This document shows, in pieces, positions 11,693 through 25,919 of a stretch of DNA of 64,000 bases. Numbering within the stretch: position 1 is the first letter of the stretch; every line of letters begins with the position of its first letter. Below the pieces are notes generated by a model. It was not told the origin of the DNA. It saw nothing but the letters and a program-made list of their open reading frames with translations, and ran no database searches. The stretch lies in contig NC_043005.1 of assembly GCF_006345805.1 (NCBI RefSeq), positions 63,178,001 through 63,242,000 of the forward strand. Reading direction: 5' to 3'. Source of the stretch: Octopus sinensis (lineage: Eukaryota). A program made the translations under genes and the position numbers.

Positions 11693-13961
11693 GGTAATAG
11701 AGTATAGCTTATTAACAGTAACCCATTATGTAAGTTAGATGCCACTGTATGGTTTGATAACATATATCATGCTTTCACTAATTGTTTTGGGTTCATATGT
11801 TACTGTGACAGATATAAATATTCTTTTGGACCTTCACTTCTGACTCAGTTGATCATCCAGGATGTGACTGATCGAGAGAGAGAGAGAATACAGCAGTATC
11901 ATAGTTGACACACATTACAGCCAATTAGACTGGTGCAAGGTGAAATAATGTGCCTTTCTCTAGGACAAAATGCACAACCTGCTCAAGAAATTGAACCCAC
12001 TACCTTATGATAATAAAATGAACACTCTAACAACTAGGCCACTAGTTTTCACACAAACCCCATTATATGTGTGAGATATATTATGTTCGCTTGTAAGGAA
12101 ATACAAGGAAAAGTCAAACCTAGTGGGATTTAAACCCTGACTGTAAAGAAAGAAAGCAAAATATCTAAATAATTGAGGTAAAGTCAGTCAAATGAACTTC
12201 AGTATATTACTGGTACTTAAATAATTTACCAAGACTGGTGGAATTTGAACTTGAACATAAAGCACTATTAACTGAATACTGCAAAGAATTGTCTGGTACT
12301 CTACTATTTCTCACACCACCTCTGTTTCTTTTGAACAGTGTTCAAAACAAACCAACAGGAGAGTCTCTTTGTAGTCACTCAACCTGCTAGAAATAGCAAT
12401 CAGGTTGCTTTAAATAACATTTTAGCATCTTAAAAACTAAATGGTACAGATAATGCAATCACAAGCTGGCAAAGAAAAAGACAATGTGGTCAGGACTTTT
12501 GATCATAGCCTTATTTAATTGGTCCTTACCTGGAGTTAAACAAATCTCCTTCAAATATTAACTTACCATCTTAAAACAGAAACTTCAAAGAGAAAAGAGC
12601 AGAGACGATGTTGTCATAGATAAACAGGATGGTCACAACTGAAAGAGCATTCATCATGGGTCTGACATGATCAAAACTGATTTAGTCTAAACAACGAAAG
12701 AGCTTAAATAATAAACATGTTTTTTTTTTTTATATTGTATTTAAGGTAGAATGAAGATTTTCTGTTTTTCTTTTTCATCTTACAAAATATCTCTGTTAGG
12801 ACAGTAATAAATTAAGACTGCCATAAATATTAAAGAGGACTGTGATAAATGAAGGTATGCCTCTTCACAGACCCATCCAAGCTTGTGGTAGATTAGCAAA
12901 GCAGACACAATGATGATGGTGATGATGATGATGACAACAACAGCAATAACAATGATGATGATGATAACAAAGATGCCAATGGCAACAATGATGATGATGA
13001 TGATGACAAAGGTGTTAATAATTATATAGTGGTAATGGTGATGATGGGCATGAAGGTGTTTTTTCTCTTCATCAGAATAAAAATTATAATCATGATGATG
13101 ATCATCATCATAGCACAAAACTTTCCAGTCATAACATTTAAAATTACAATTTTCTTCATTTCCACTTGCTTTTGTTTATTGTTGAAATATTAAATGACTG
13201 AATCTTTAAATTAAATTACTGTCTTTTACAAAACATTATTTTTAGTTGCTTTTATATCCTCAGAGTTTCATTATCTTCTTGAAGAATGCTAAGATTAACT
13301 TAGTGACAGCAGTCATTTGCACAATAAAACTAGTTTTACAATAAAATTTTACTGCTAAATTTGAATCAAAATATTGATGTAAAAGAATTTAATTTCTTTT
13401 AATAATTCTTTGAATATTTCAATAAACCCAGAATTTGAAAATATTTTGTAGATAAATTTGAACACCAAATTCTCTTTTGCATTTTGGTATCACTGAAATA
13501 GAAAGTTCTGTCAGATGAATTATCAAAATCAGTAGAGCATTAAACAAATTATTTTGTTGTAATTGGTTAGAGCCCTTTATGTTCTGAGTTTAAATCCCAC
13601 TACAGTCAGTCAACTTTGTTCTTCTTGCTTCTGGAATTTATAAAATAGATGACCAGTCAAGTACTGAGTGCAACTTAATCAACTGTATAATCATCCAAAG
13701 TTAATGTTAGAAATCAATGCTGTTGTACAGCCCAAAATTATGGATTCAAGGATTATTTCTGTGTCACATTGCATGAAATTATTACAAAGAGAGATGAGAA
13801 ACTTGGTTGCTACATTTTTTTTTATTTATGAACACTCACATTTAATTATTTCACTTAACTTTATTTTAGCATGGCTGTTTATATTGAGGTATTAAGTAGC
13901 ACCAATGCAAATAGATATATGCTTCCCAAGCACAAGCAAAAAAACCCCAAAAAACAGACAC

Positions 13962-14550
13962 CAGTATGGTTGTGTGGTAAGAAGCTTGCTATAAGGCAGT
14001 GAGTTAGCAGAAACGTTAGCGCGCCAGCCAAAATACTTAGCGGTATTTCATCTGCCATTACGTTCTGAGTTCAAATTCCGCCAAGGTCAACTTTGCCTTT
14101 CATCCTCTCAGGGTCGATAAATAAAGTACCAGTTATGCACTGGGGTCGATGTAATTGACTTAATCCCTTTGTCTGTCTTTGTTTGTTCCCTCTATGTTTG
14201 GTCCCTTGTGGGCAATAAAGAAATAAGAAATAAGAAGCTTGCTTCTCAGCCACATGGTTCAGGGTTCAGTTCCACTGAATGGTACCTTGAACAGACCAAC
14301 AAAAGCCTTGTGAGTGGATTTAGTTGATGGAAACTGAAAGAAGCCTGTCATATACATATCAATGTGTGTGTGTTTGTCTTTGTGTCTGTGTTTGGGTTAA
14401 ACTCCCCATAACTTAGCAGTTTGGCAAAAGAGACTGATGGAATATGTACCAGGTTTAAAAAAGTGCTGGGAGCAATTCATTCAACTAAAACTTCTTCAAG
14501 GCATTGCCCCAACATGGCCACCATCTAATAACTGAAACAAATAGAAGATA
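13962..14550 (+). mobile_element. SINE family A with SINE family B nested at 13991-14230
   Basis: 13-bp TSD TAAGAAGCTTGCT at 13978-13990 and 14231-14243, inside the SINE-A head. Confidence 0.85.
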
Positions 14551-14807
14551 AAAATGCAAATTTTAGGGAAAAGGAAATAAAAAGACTGATGAGACCAAGC
14601 AACCAGACATACATAGAAAATATGAAAAAGAGAGCAAAGGAAAGTATGGTAAAATCAGCAACAACAACAGCAGGTCGCTGTGGTTATTGTCTTAATCTGC
14701 ATTGCTAGTCATACTCCCAAGTTGCTGTAGTGAGGATGGTTGGAAAACTCAGTCCACTTTTGGGAACAAAATTCAGTGTCAACTTCACTATCTTGAAAAA
14801 TGAAGAG

Positions 14808-14926
14808 AATGGTTCTGGGTTCAGTCCCACTGCATGACACCTTAGGCAAGTGTCTTTTACTATAGCCTCGGTCCAACCAAAGCCTTGTGAGTGGATTTGG
14901 TCGATGGAAACTGAAAGAAGCTCGTC

Positions 14927-14981
<55 letters not shown>

Positions 14982-15460
14982 CAAAGTAAGCAACAAGAAT
15001 ATCTCCAGTAATTTGGTACGATTGTTTCACGCTACATCATTTCATTAAATATTGTAAATATTACAACAGTTTTAAAATGTTGTGCAATCATCAGCCATTT
15101 ATAGAGGTTTCCCATTAATATATAATTTTCATATTAATTGATAACATTATAGAGAAGGTAGATATATAGACAAAGATGTTGATTTGAATTTTAAGAACAT
15201 TGAGGTAGTAGAGCTTATCTTATGACTGAAGAGTTCTTTAAGTTATTGTGAACTGCTAGAAGGTTGCAAGGCACATTCAGTTGAAGGAGACAAAAGGGGT
15301 TTTCTATTTATAGAAATGGGGTTAAGTAAATGTCAGAAATTATTCATTAAGAAATAAAAGTGGAGAAGGAGTTATATTGATTATAATAACCCCATGGATT
15401 TATATCGATAACACCATACAAAGTTCTGGTGCATCTAACTTAAGTACCATATTCATCTGA

Positions 15461-15506
<46 letters not shown>

Positions 15507-15740
15507 GTATATGTGTGTGTATATGTTTGCGTGTTTGTGTTTGTCCGCCCAACATCACTTGACAACCAATGCTGATGGTTTACGTCCCCGTAACTTAGCG
15601 GTTCCGCAAAAGAGACTGATAGAATAAGTACTAAGCTTACAAAGAATAAGTCCTGGGGTCCATGTGCTCGACTAAAGGCGGTGCTTCAGTATGGTCACAG
15701 TCAATTGACTAAAACAAGTAAAAGAGTAAAGAGTAAAGAG
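14808..15740 (+). mobile_element. SINE family A split at its (TA)n by a ~485-bp insertion
   Basis: 5' half 14808-14930, 3' half about 15505-15740, (TA)n tracts on both sides of the insert. Confidence 0.8.
14979..15464 (-). mobile_element. Probable PLE 3'-tail fragment with degenerate hammerhead motif
   Basis: Minus strand CTGATGA (15094-15088)...GAAACAATCGTA-CC (15028-15015); stem II is degenerate; (TA)n on both flanks; shares GCCTTGCAACCTT with the element at 62708-63079. Confidence 0.55.
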
Positions 15741-16239
15741 GGAGAAAGCAGGGATGGCAAACTGTCAGAGTCAGTAAAGGGTAAGAAAATCTCTCCAAAA
15801 TAAAAGCTTATCCCGAGTTAAAGCAAGTGGAATGTACAAAGAAGAGGATCTTTTTCAGGGTGTGTTTTGCATGGTTGTGTAAAGCCAATGGAAAACCTCC
15901 AGTAAATTGATGAGAATGAACAGATTATTGGAGAGGTGGAAATGAGGTCAAATAAATTCAAGAGACATTTGAGCAATAGAGATTCATGAAAACCACAGTA
16001 TTTAACCATGATAACCTAAAGCTAACCTATCTAGTGAACATGAAACAGTTCATGCCATGTCCAACGAAAACGTCTCATAGGCATCTTTTTATGCCCTAAG
16101 TTTCAATATGATGAATGTCATGTAATGAGAGAAAACAAACTGCAAGGAGAGACTAATTCCTATAATGTCACATTGAAATTTATAGTCCTCTACTTAAAAA
16201 AGAACAAACAAAATTGTTATTAGTATTATCATTATTATT

Positions 16240-16680
16240 ATTATTATTTATCTTTTACTTGTTTCAGCCACAAGACTTTGATCAGGCTGAGGCACCACCT
16301 TGAAGAATTTTCACTTGAATGTATCGACTTCAATTCTTATCTTTATAAAGTCTAGTACTTATTCTATTGATCACTTTTGCTGAACCACTAAGTTACAGGG
16401 ATGTAAACACACCAACGCCAGCTATCAAGCTGTGGTGATGGATAAACACAGACACAAACACAAACACACAAACACAAATACATACGATGTTTCCATCTAC
16501 CAGACCTACTCAGAAATCTTTAGTCAGCCTGAGGATATAGTAGAAGACACTTGCCCAAGATGCCATGCAGTGGGACTGAACCCAGACTCATGTGGTCAAG
16601 AAGCACTTGCCCAAGGTGCTATGCAATTGGACTGAACCAGAACCATGTGGTTAAGAAGTAAATATGTGAGACAAAATGCT
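16240..16680 (-). mobile_element. SINE family A
   Basis: Reverse-complement match, with a short internal duplication near 16600. Confidence 0.75.
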
Positions 16681-16742
16681 TAGTCTTTATGACCTCTATT
16701 ATCATTATCATTACTGTTATTATTATTATTATCATTATTACT

Positions 16743-19410
16743 TTTTTTTTTCTTCTTTCAAATTTTCTTCCATTTCTTGCCGAGTGTCTTCCCGACTCCT
16801 AGGGCAAAGAAACTCATAGTGTATATTGGTAGGCCATTAAACCAAACTCAGTAGTTCGTTCATTTTTTTTTATTTTTTATTTTTTTTTTAAAGTTAAATT
16901 AAAATACATGAGCAGCAACAGTTCTCACATCGACAATGCTCTTCTCAATACGTGTGATGTACCAGTTAAGACAATCTTTTGCACTTCTTGCTGGATGGTA
17001 AGCCAGGGATCATTCTCATATAATTTTCGGTTCCCTTCTTGATCATTCTGGTGCTCCTACGATCACTGGTATTGTAACCGCCTTGAGATGCCACATTTTC
17101 TCAATTTCAATGAGTAGGTCTTTATATTTTCTGAGCTTGTCAAACTCTTTCGCTGAGATATTATGATCACAGGGGATGCTCATGTCGATCAATAAGCAAA
17201 CTTTATTGTTTTGGTCTTTCACAACAATATCTGGTTTATTGGCCTTGATGGTTCGGTCTGTATGTACTGGAAAGTCCCACAGAGTGGTTACATTTTCTCC
17301 TTCAGTTACAGCCCCAGGGTGGTGATTATACCACTTGTCGGCAGTTTGAATATTGTAATGCCGACTTATTAGCCAGTGGAGATATTGGCCAACTCTGTCA
17401 TGTCTTATTTATACTCCACTGGTGCTAAGACTTTACATCCAGAGATTAGGTGGTCCACTGTTTCAATCATGTGTTTGCAGAATCGGCATTTTGGGTCTGC
17501 TCCATTTTTCATCACATTGGCCTGGTAGTTCCGGGTTAATAGGCTTTGGTCTTGAGCAGCCAGGATGAAACCTTCGCTCTCTGCTTTTAGCCCTGAGCTC
17601 GCAGCCACTGATGGGTTTGCTTCTGGTCAACATCAGCTTGTTTGCTGCGGGTCACATATTTGCCGTGCAGAGGTTTCTCTCTCCCACTATCAGCCAATTG
17701 CTCGTGCGCTTTTTTCATTGCCATCATTTTCACCTTCTTTGCAACAATAGTTGCCGTACTTCCCCTCGGGTTGTTCAGTTTGGGTATCCTGCACGAGATC
17801 AATAGCAACAAATTTTTTGCTTTCCTTGATGATAGAATGAAGCTTCTTTTTCGTCTCTCGTGATTTTCCACGAGCTTTAGCATCCAGTCATTCGATATTT
17901 CGAGATATTTGGCCATCCAATTGTGGTTGTTTTGTAAGCTAGTTCAAATTGGATCAGGCCTCGACCCCCTTGGGCTCTGGGAAGGTAAGGCGATCTACGT
18001 CTGCCTTTGGGTGGTGCATCCTATTACAACTCAGCAGCTTGCGTATTTTTCTCTATATTCTTTACTTCACTCATATTCCAGTTCAACACATTGTAGCTAT
18101 AAGTAACAACTGGAACTGCTAAGGAATTTATAGCTAACACCTTGTTACGTGCATTTAGTTCAGATTTCAGGACTGCACGAACTCTCCTATAACATTCCTT
18201 CCTGATCTTCTCTTTCATGCTTGCATGCTGAATACCAGAGCCTTCATTTATCCCTAAATATTTGTATGTTTGTTCTTGCTCAAGCTCTCTTATGACTGTG
18301 TCAACATCTAACACGACTGAATTTGTGGTCTTCACTTTCCCTTTCTGGAAAGTGGCCTTGGCACACTTCTCAAGTCCAAACTCCATCCGATGTCATCGCT
18401 GAATGCTTTCACGGTGCGCAATAGGCCTTCAAGTTCATTATTGTCTTTACCATAAAGTTTTAAGTCATCCATATAAAATAGATGGCTTATTTTTTATTGG
18501 CAATTTTATACCCATACCCTGTTCTGTTTAATTCACTTGTAAGGGGTATTAGGGCTATGCAGAATATTAAAGGTGAAAGTGAGTCACCTTGAAAAATTCC
18601 ACAGTTGATGTTTATATTTTCTGAGGCAAGTACTCCATTAGAGTGGTAATAATTGGGGATTCGTATTCCACAACGACATATTGTGCTTCAGGAAGTTTGA
18701 AATCACAGGGGAAATTTTGAAGATGTCCAGCGATCTCAAGATCCATGGATGCGGTATACTGTCGAAGGCCTTTTTATAGTCAATCCATGCGGTGCTGAGA
18801 TTTCTGCGCTTGTTGTGACAGTTCTCAAGGATCATACGATTGATTAGCAGTTGATCTTTGCATCCGTAAGAGCCTTGGCGGCACCCTTTTTGTTCAATGG
18901 GGGAAATATCGTTCTTCTCCATGAATGCATATGTTTTCTCCACCAGGATAGATGTTAGGATTTTATACGTGGTGGATAGACAGGTTATAGGCCGATAGTT
19001 TTTTGGAAGGTTGGTTTCGTTATTCTTTGGGAGTAGGTAAGTAATGCCACTTGCTAACCATTCAGGTGTTTTCTTTGGGTCTCTCATAATTCCATTGAGC
19101 AGCTGAACTAGCTTACCGTGTGCGCACGGGAGCGATGCGAGCCAGAAATTCAGCACCCTATCTTTACCGGGGGATTTCCAATTATGGGCCTTCGTGAGTG
19201 CCTTTCTTAGGTCTGCTATTGTGATGTCTTCCCATGCTTGTTGTTGTAAATTTTGGTAGGATCCTTCAGTTTGTATAATCCAGTCTGCATTTATGTTGTA
19301 CGTCTTCTTGTCACTCCAAATCCTTTTCCAAAAGTTTTGAACTTCTTCCATGGGAGGGGGGTCTTTAACGGTTACTTTCTCCTTCCCTATTTCTCTGTAG
19401 AATTTTTTGG
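16743..19410 (-). mobile_element. 5'-truncated R4/Dong-like non-LTR retrotransposon (RT + CCHC + RLE endonuclease), frameshifted
   Basis: KSPGKD, NYRPITCLST, QKGCRQGSYGCKDQL, AWIDYKKAFDSIPH, GIFQGDSLSP, LFYMDDLKLY, FGLEKC, YKYLG, DRLYLPRAQGGRGL, KPLHG, CRFC...ETVDHLISGC...RHD, ANKPDIVV, LIDMSIP, KYKDL, IPVIVGALG. Stop at 16927-16925. (TAA)n at both ends (about 16700-16742 and 19411-19462). Confidence 0.95.
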
Positions 19411-19462
<52 letters not shown>

Positions 19463-19465
19463 GTT

Positions 19466-19915
19466 TAGGCAGTGAGCTGGATGAATCGTTAGTATGCTGG
19501 GCAAAATGTTCAGTGGCATTTTGTCCATCTTCCCATTCTGAAATCAAATTCTACTGACTGAGTTCAACTTTGCCTTTCATCCTTTCAGGGTCAATAAATG
19601 AAGTACCAGTCTAGCACTGGGGTTGATGTGATCAACTATCCCCCTCCCCACAAATTCCAAGCCTTTTGCCTTATGGTATAAAGGATTATTACTATTATCC
19701 TTGTTAAGGCATCAAGCTGGCAGAATCATTAGCACACTGGGCAAAATGCTTAACGTTTTATTTGTCTTAATGCTCCAAGTTCAAATTCCACCAAGGTCAA
19801 TCTTGCCTTTCATCCTTTTGGGGTTGATAAAATAAGTACCAGTTGAGCACTGGGGTCGATGTAATTGTCTTACTTGCTTCCCCAAACTTACTGGTCTTGT
19901 GCCAAAATTTGAAAC
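19466..19915 (+). mobile_element. Two tandem SINE family B copies
   Basis: Heads at about 19466 and 19706, both with CAACTTTGCCTTTCATCCTTT...GGGGT. Confidence 0.75.
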
Positions 19916-21879
19916 CATTATTTCTAATTGCTAGTGCACATTGTTAGTGTAGTGGATAACAGATCTGCAGATATTTGATTAAATTCTTTATTGTATTAAG
20001 TTAAGTCTCTTGATACTCACAGTTCAAATCTTGCTTGGTATGCCTGTACCATTATCTGTTCAAGGCTGATAGACTGAAGTACCTGTAAAGTACTGAGTTT
20101 GATTTCAATAGCTCTTCACTCCCATAATAATTGTAGCCCATGTAAAAAACATGCTGCATTTAGTTATGTCCCTTTGCATTCTAAGTTCGAATCTTGTATG
20201 GGTTGACTTTTCATCTCACTTCTTCATCTTTGATAAAATAATTACCAGTCATGTTCAAACAAATTGCATATACCATCACTCTATAAATTTATGGCTTTTT
20301 GCCAATGTAAGAAATCATTATCATGATGATTACTATTATTATTATTTGACCAGCAGCACTTCTTACAAGTTCTTGGATCAATAGTGATTTTTATACATCT
20401 GCAAACTACAGACATGATAAAAAAAGAAAGAAAACCTGCATTATTAAAGATATTGCAACAATTTATTTTGAAAGATATCAAGTGTAATAGATGGAAACTT
20501 TACAAGCTGTTTACAACCAGTGTCTTTTGACTAAATGGCAGCCACCCAAGGCCAAGAAATGTTAACAATAGTTATTGTTGAAAAGGCTGGCAGTCACTGA
20601 AAGTCATAAAGGTATGTTAGAAGATGAAGTAATGCGAACTTTGTGAAAGAACTAAAATGAACAACAAAACAAAAATGTTTGAAGCAGATGAAAGAATACA
20701 AAAACAAAAAAAAAAAATCTTGACACTGCATCACAATAGCAGCAAATATCTGATAATGTCATGGATCCAGCTCTTTCCTTGGAGGTTGGGAGAAAAATAA
20801 CATTATTCAGATTTGTTGCAAAGTCAATGATGTTATATGATGAAATCAAGGCAGTCATCTCAGGATACAGGAGATGATGAAGTATGAACAAACATATAAG
20901 TATTTTGTCGGGGGGAAAAAGATGACATTGTGTTTAAGGAAAGTAGCTGGTACAATAAAGAAGGCAAAGGAAATGGTTAGAATCAGAAAATGCATTGTGA
21001 AACTATCATGCATATTCTAGAATTTGGCAAGAATAAGCATCATTAATTTCTATGGAACTTCTTTTATAATACCATTCACATCTTGAATGCTTTTCTGTTA
21101 AACCTTTGGGAATGTCTTTTGCCCTAACTCCCTCATTGTCAGGTCTTTGTTGCAAGGTCATACTTGATTAAATATCTGCTGGTGCTTTTGCTATGTATGC
21201 TGTTTGATACGATCAATAGAACATAGGATCTTGATTTTGTTGAGGTCAACACTTGATCATTTGATCCTTTCAGAGCAATAGTCATTCATCTTGATTTTTT
21301 TAAAACAAGCATCAGCTGTGCTCTACTAAAAATGTTGATAAAAAAAGTGAATAATAGTTTGCTTTATTTCTTAAAGTAAGGTGCCAGGATCCTATAGTTA
21401 ATGTAGAATTTACAGACATCACAAAAGAAAATGAAAATGAAATGTAAAATCATCTACTTCACTGAAAGAGAAGATTAAAGAAATTTCATGTTCAACATAA
21501 TTGTTTGTTAAACTCCTATCAAAAATCCTAGATAAGTGGAACAGTCAATGATTTTCAAATATGTAAGTGAATTAGATCTATATATACCGTTCATGAGCTA
21601 TTCTATAAAAGAAAATATATACTATGTCACCAATTTCAAATGATAACAAAGTAAAAATCTCAACATCCAGGTTACTCAGTTATGCTAAACTATCAAGGAA
21701 TCGAGATAATAAGGATGCCCATACATAATTATTCAACTTTCTCCAATTAATAACTGAATCTCTTTAAATAATAGTATATATGTTTAAGTAAGGAAAGCAT
21801 GCAATGCACTATGTTATCCTAGATAGACAATGCTGTGAAAAAGATGAGCTGATCATGGTTCAAATACCTTTGGTTTTAG

Positions 21880-21951
21880 GCCTGCTGACCTGCTGCAAAA
21901 CAACAATTATCAAAACCATGAGAATGAACAGCAGAACATCTCTGAAAGGGA
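21880..21951 (+). CDS. Weak candidate exon (72 nt, symmetric phase 2)
   Basis: TTTGGTTTTAG acceptor, GA|GTAAAT donor, open frame PADLLQNNNYQNHENEQQNISER; no recognisable domain. Confidence 0.2.
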
Positions 21952-24723
21952 GTAAATACTATGTATATGGTTCATTAATCTATTATGCCTTTCTTCCCCT
22001 GTAAATATGTACTTTTATATCAATGTAAGTAATCATAATGATAAAAAATAATTACTGGAACTATGTAAACATTGAAATTTTTAAATTTAAAAAGAAGTTT
22101 CCTGAAAAATGTGGTAAGTTTGTGTTGGTACATTGCCACTGACCTATAGAGGTTGTAGATAACAAACACAGTACACCACAGTGGTTATTTGATAAATTTT
22201 CCAAGGATAATGTTCAGAAATTTCAGAGTTTTTCTGCTAACTAGTTTGAGCCAATGTCACTAAAGCTAGTTGCATTTTGCTTGGTAAATGTAAGCTATAG
22301 CTTGGTCTAAAACAACCTCCTGGCTCATGAGTAGCTTTAGCCAAATCTATTCTGATGCAAGTAATCAAATTATGTCTCCACACTGGTCAGAAGATAATTG
22401 GATGAGTTACAGTTTTTTCTTTTTTTTTTCTGTTGCCAATCTAGAGAAGACCTTGAAAAATAAATCATGGACACTACTTTCGACCTCTGACTATACCATA
22501 ACATATAACTGTCGTCCAATTGCAGAAATAGGTCATAAAAGCTAAACTAAGAAATAACTAAAATGCAGAGCTTTCGTTATTAATGATGCATGTTATAACA
22601 TAAAGATATAATAAAAAAAAAAAAGAAATCAATACTACAGTGTATCTTCATATTTCTAATGGCTGCAATAATTCTATTGTAAAGTAAACTTCAATGAAAA
22701 ATATATACTCTTTTACTCTTTTATTTTTTCAGTCATTTGACTGTGGTCATGCTGGAGCACTGCCTTTAGTCGAGCAAATCAACCCCAGAACTTACTCTTT
22801 GTAAGCCTAGTACTTATTCTATCAGTCTCTTTTACTGAAAGTTATCTGGTCATAAATGTTGTCTCAGATAAGTCCTTGTCCAGCGCATGCAAGCATGATA
22901 ATCTGTCTCTACACATGAAACCAATTAATTATATTTAGGTAAACTGAAATATAAAATGACTTACAAATCTTTGCTTCAAACACAAATAATGTCACTGAAT
23001 TGATTTGAACCAAAGATAAGTTTGAACTTTTATTATGAATTTTACTGACTCAACCTGCAGCACCTCACTATCGTATTAGATAACAAAAAGTAATAATCTT
23101 GCTGATACCAAAAAGGCATGACCTTTTAAGGAGCTCATTTATTTACTAATTTCTGGGATTTACAATCATCTGCATTGAAACAAGGTATTTACTTTTAGAT
23201 AGCACAAGCCCACCAGAAACATCATTCCGTAATCCTCTAAACATAGAAATATTTTATCAAAGGGGTCTCAATAACATGAGAAATATTTGACTACTAATCA
23301 ATATTGGAGTTACTTTTTGTTTCAAAGCCAGTACAATAGATGAAAAATTTCTTAATATATGCAAGCTGAATCATTCTGGAAAGCTGAAAAAAATTGAAAG
23401 GAAAAATGCAAAATCTTTACTTTTTTATATAAAAGAAAAACTTCTTTTTATTCACTTTTTTGCTTGTATTGATTGAAATATGAAGCTGAAAAATAAATTA
23501 TATTATGTATCTTTTTCAATTATTTTGTCTGACAGCAGACAAAAAAGAAAACAAAATTTTAATATTATTTTTTGTGACTTCCCTCTCCCTTTAATAACAG
23601 TTTTGTGGAATTTTCTTCACTAAATGGCTCTGATTACAAGCACAGTAAACATTTTTCTTTGTGGAATTCTTTGTTTTTCACCATCTTATTTTTACTCAAC
23701 CAAGTTAATTCTGTAAGTAACATCCGTGCTAGAAAATTCATTACATTTACTACACAATTTGATTCCACGTCCAAACACTCACTCTTCATTCAAGCACTCT
23801 CTCTCTCTCTCTATCTCCACTATTATGTACACACAGTTAACATAGGCAGAAATTTCTTTGCTGCAACTCATTCAACCAGCAAGAAATAGCAACAAAAATC
23901 CTTCAGACACAGTCTACAGTCTTAAACAAAGAAAGACCACACTGGACAACAAAATCCCTGGTAAAGAAAAAATTGAAAAAGTTAAGGCTAGTGAGCCTTT
24001 GTTCATAGGACTACTCAATCAGAGTAGATTGGAACCTAAGCACTAACTTCTTCCCTTGCTGCCACACATTATTCTTTCCGAAACTGACAAACACTGTGAC
24101 CCGAAGTTAGCCAATATCTTGACCAAATTCTCAGAAGATTACTATCAGATAATTCCAGTTCAACATGTGCTGGCAAGAAATTCACCAGTTCACATTCTAT
24201 CAAATCAAGTGTACACGAATATTCACTTTGTTGCCTGTAGAGTTAATCTTTGTTACCAACTAAGGTCTTTTTTCATAATTGTTCTTATTACATTTTCAGA
24301 GCATCTCCCTATTTATCGCTGATTAGATCACCTACATAGCAGTAGCTATCAACAATTTTAGTCAAGCCTTCCAGTATTTGTGTGTGCATATATATTTATG
24401 AGTGCATGTGTATCTATCTACCTATCTATCTATCTATTGCCCTTTCTCTTCTCTACTCCCTCCTCTCTCTCTCACTAAATTCTGTCTGTTTTATTTTTTA
24501 ATCAGTATTTTTCTATTTGCCTATTTCTTTGCTGTTTCTTTTTTCTCCACTTCCTAATTGCAGGGTGTAAAGAAAACCTGCCTTTAGGTCTCAGTATCAT
24601 TTGCCTATCAAATGCATGCTTTCTAATGTCTCTTATCTCTCCAATATAAACACCCAAGCATATGTATTTGTGCTTTATCCATAGTTGATACTAACAACCA
24701 ATTATAACAAATAGAGTTTTTAA

Positions 24724-24926
24724 CCCTTTAACATTTAAACCAACCATAGTTGTCCCAAAGAATCTACCTATTTTATGTTCAAATTGGCCAGACCTGGCAT
24801 GTCATACCTACCCTGCAATGTCACAATAAAAATAAACAATCATCATCAAAATCTGAAAGCTACAAGAAAATACAAGATTAATTGAAATGAATAACATTTG
24901 ATACAGTAATCAGAATGCTTAAAGGT
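24724..24926. mobile_element. piggyBac-type MITE
   Basis: TTAA at 24720-24723 and 24927-24930; imperfect TIR CCCTTTAACATT / AATGCTTAAAGG. Confidence 0.6.
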
Positions 24927-25826
24927 TTAACTTAGCTATCATCTTCTTTTCTCCTCTATTTTTCTCTTTTTCTCTTTGATCTTCTGCTTGACATACATTC
25001 CACTTTCACTTCATTATAGCAAACTCATTTATTTTTATTATTATTTATAAAATGTATTTCTGAAACTCATTTACAATTGTCTTAATTTGTAACTTTTATT
25101 TTTTATTTTTTCATTTGCATATTTCTTTCTAAGCTTTTGCTTTCAAAGATGATTATTTTTTTCCTTTTCTGCACTTATTATGACTACTACCATGAAAGAT
25201 GGTGAGCTGGAAGAATCGTTAACATGCCAGGCAAAATGCTTAGCGTTATTTCGTCCATCTTTACGTTCTGAGTTCAAATTCCACCAAGATCAGCTTTGCT
25301 TTTCATCCTTTTGGGGTTGATAAAATAATGCCAGTTGAGTACTGGGGTTGATGTAATCAACTAGCCAATCACCCCCACTGCACCCCACCAAAATTCAGGC
25401 CTTGTGCCTATAGCAGAAAGGATTATGACTATTACCATGTATACACGTGTAATATTTATTCAGTTATTCATTCAACTGTAACTAGTTTTTAATGCTTATG
25501 TTATATTTTTCTGTCACTGGTCAATCATTTTCTCCCAACAGTTTCCAGTTATTTTGAAAAATAATAACCCACAGGCCAATCTGCTTTATATGTTTATTTT
25601 CTGAGTTACTAAATAATTATCACTGCATCATTTGTAAATATTTATAAACCATCATATTGTTTTCAAAACTTCACTATTGCCTAAATGAATCTCTGAGTAA
25701 CAGTTTCTGAAGCTTTTTGGCTTTAATAACACATGCACACACTTACACATTATGTGTGTGTGTGTGTGTTGTGTGTGTGTGTGTGTGTGTATGGTGTGTG
25801 AATGTGTGTGTGTGTAATTATGTATG

Positions 25827-25896
<70 letters not shown>

Positions 25897-25919
25897 TATA
25901 TACATATATATATGTATAC

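Noticed and set aside
18638-19528. 296-aa ORF as an intact gene with poly-Asn
   Set aside because: Its start lies in antisense SINE-B and the poly-N is the (AAT)n target; only 19410-18650 is LINE RT, which is frameshifted downstream.
23850-24330. Several short plus-strand ORFs suggesting a decayed PLE linker or endonuclease
   Set aside because: No diagnostic motif could be aligned with confidence.
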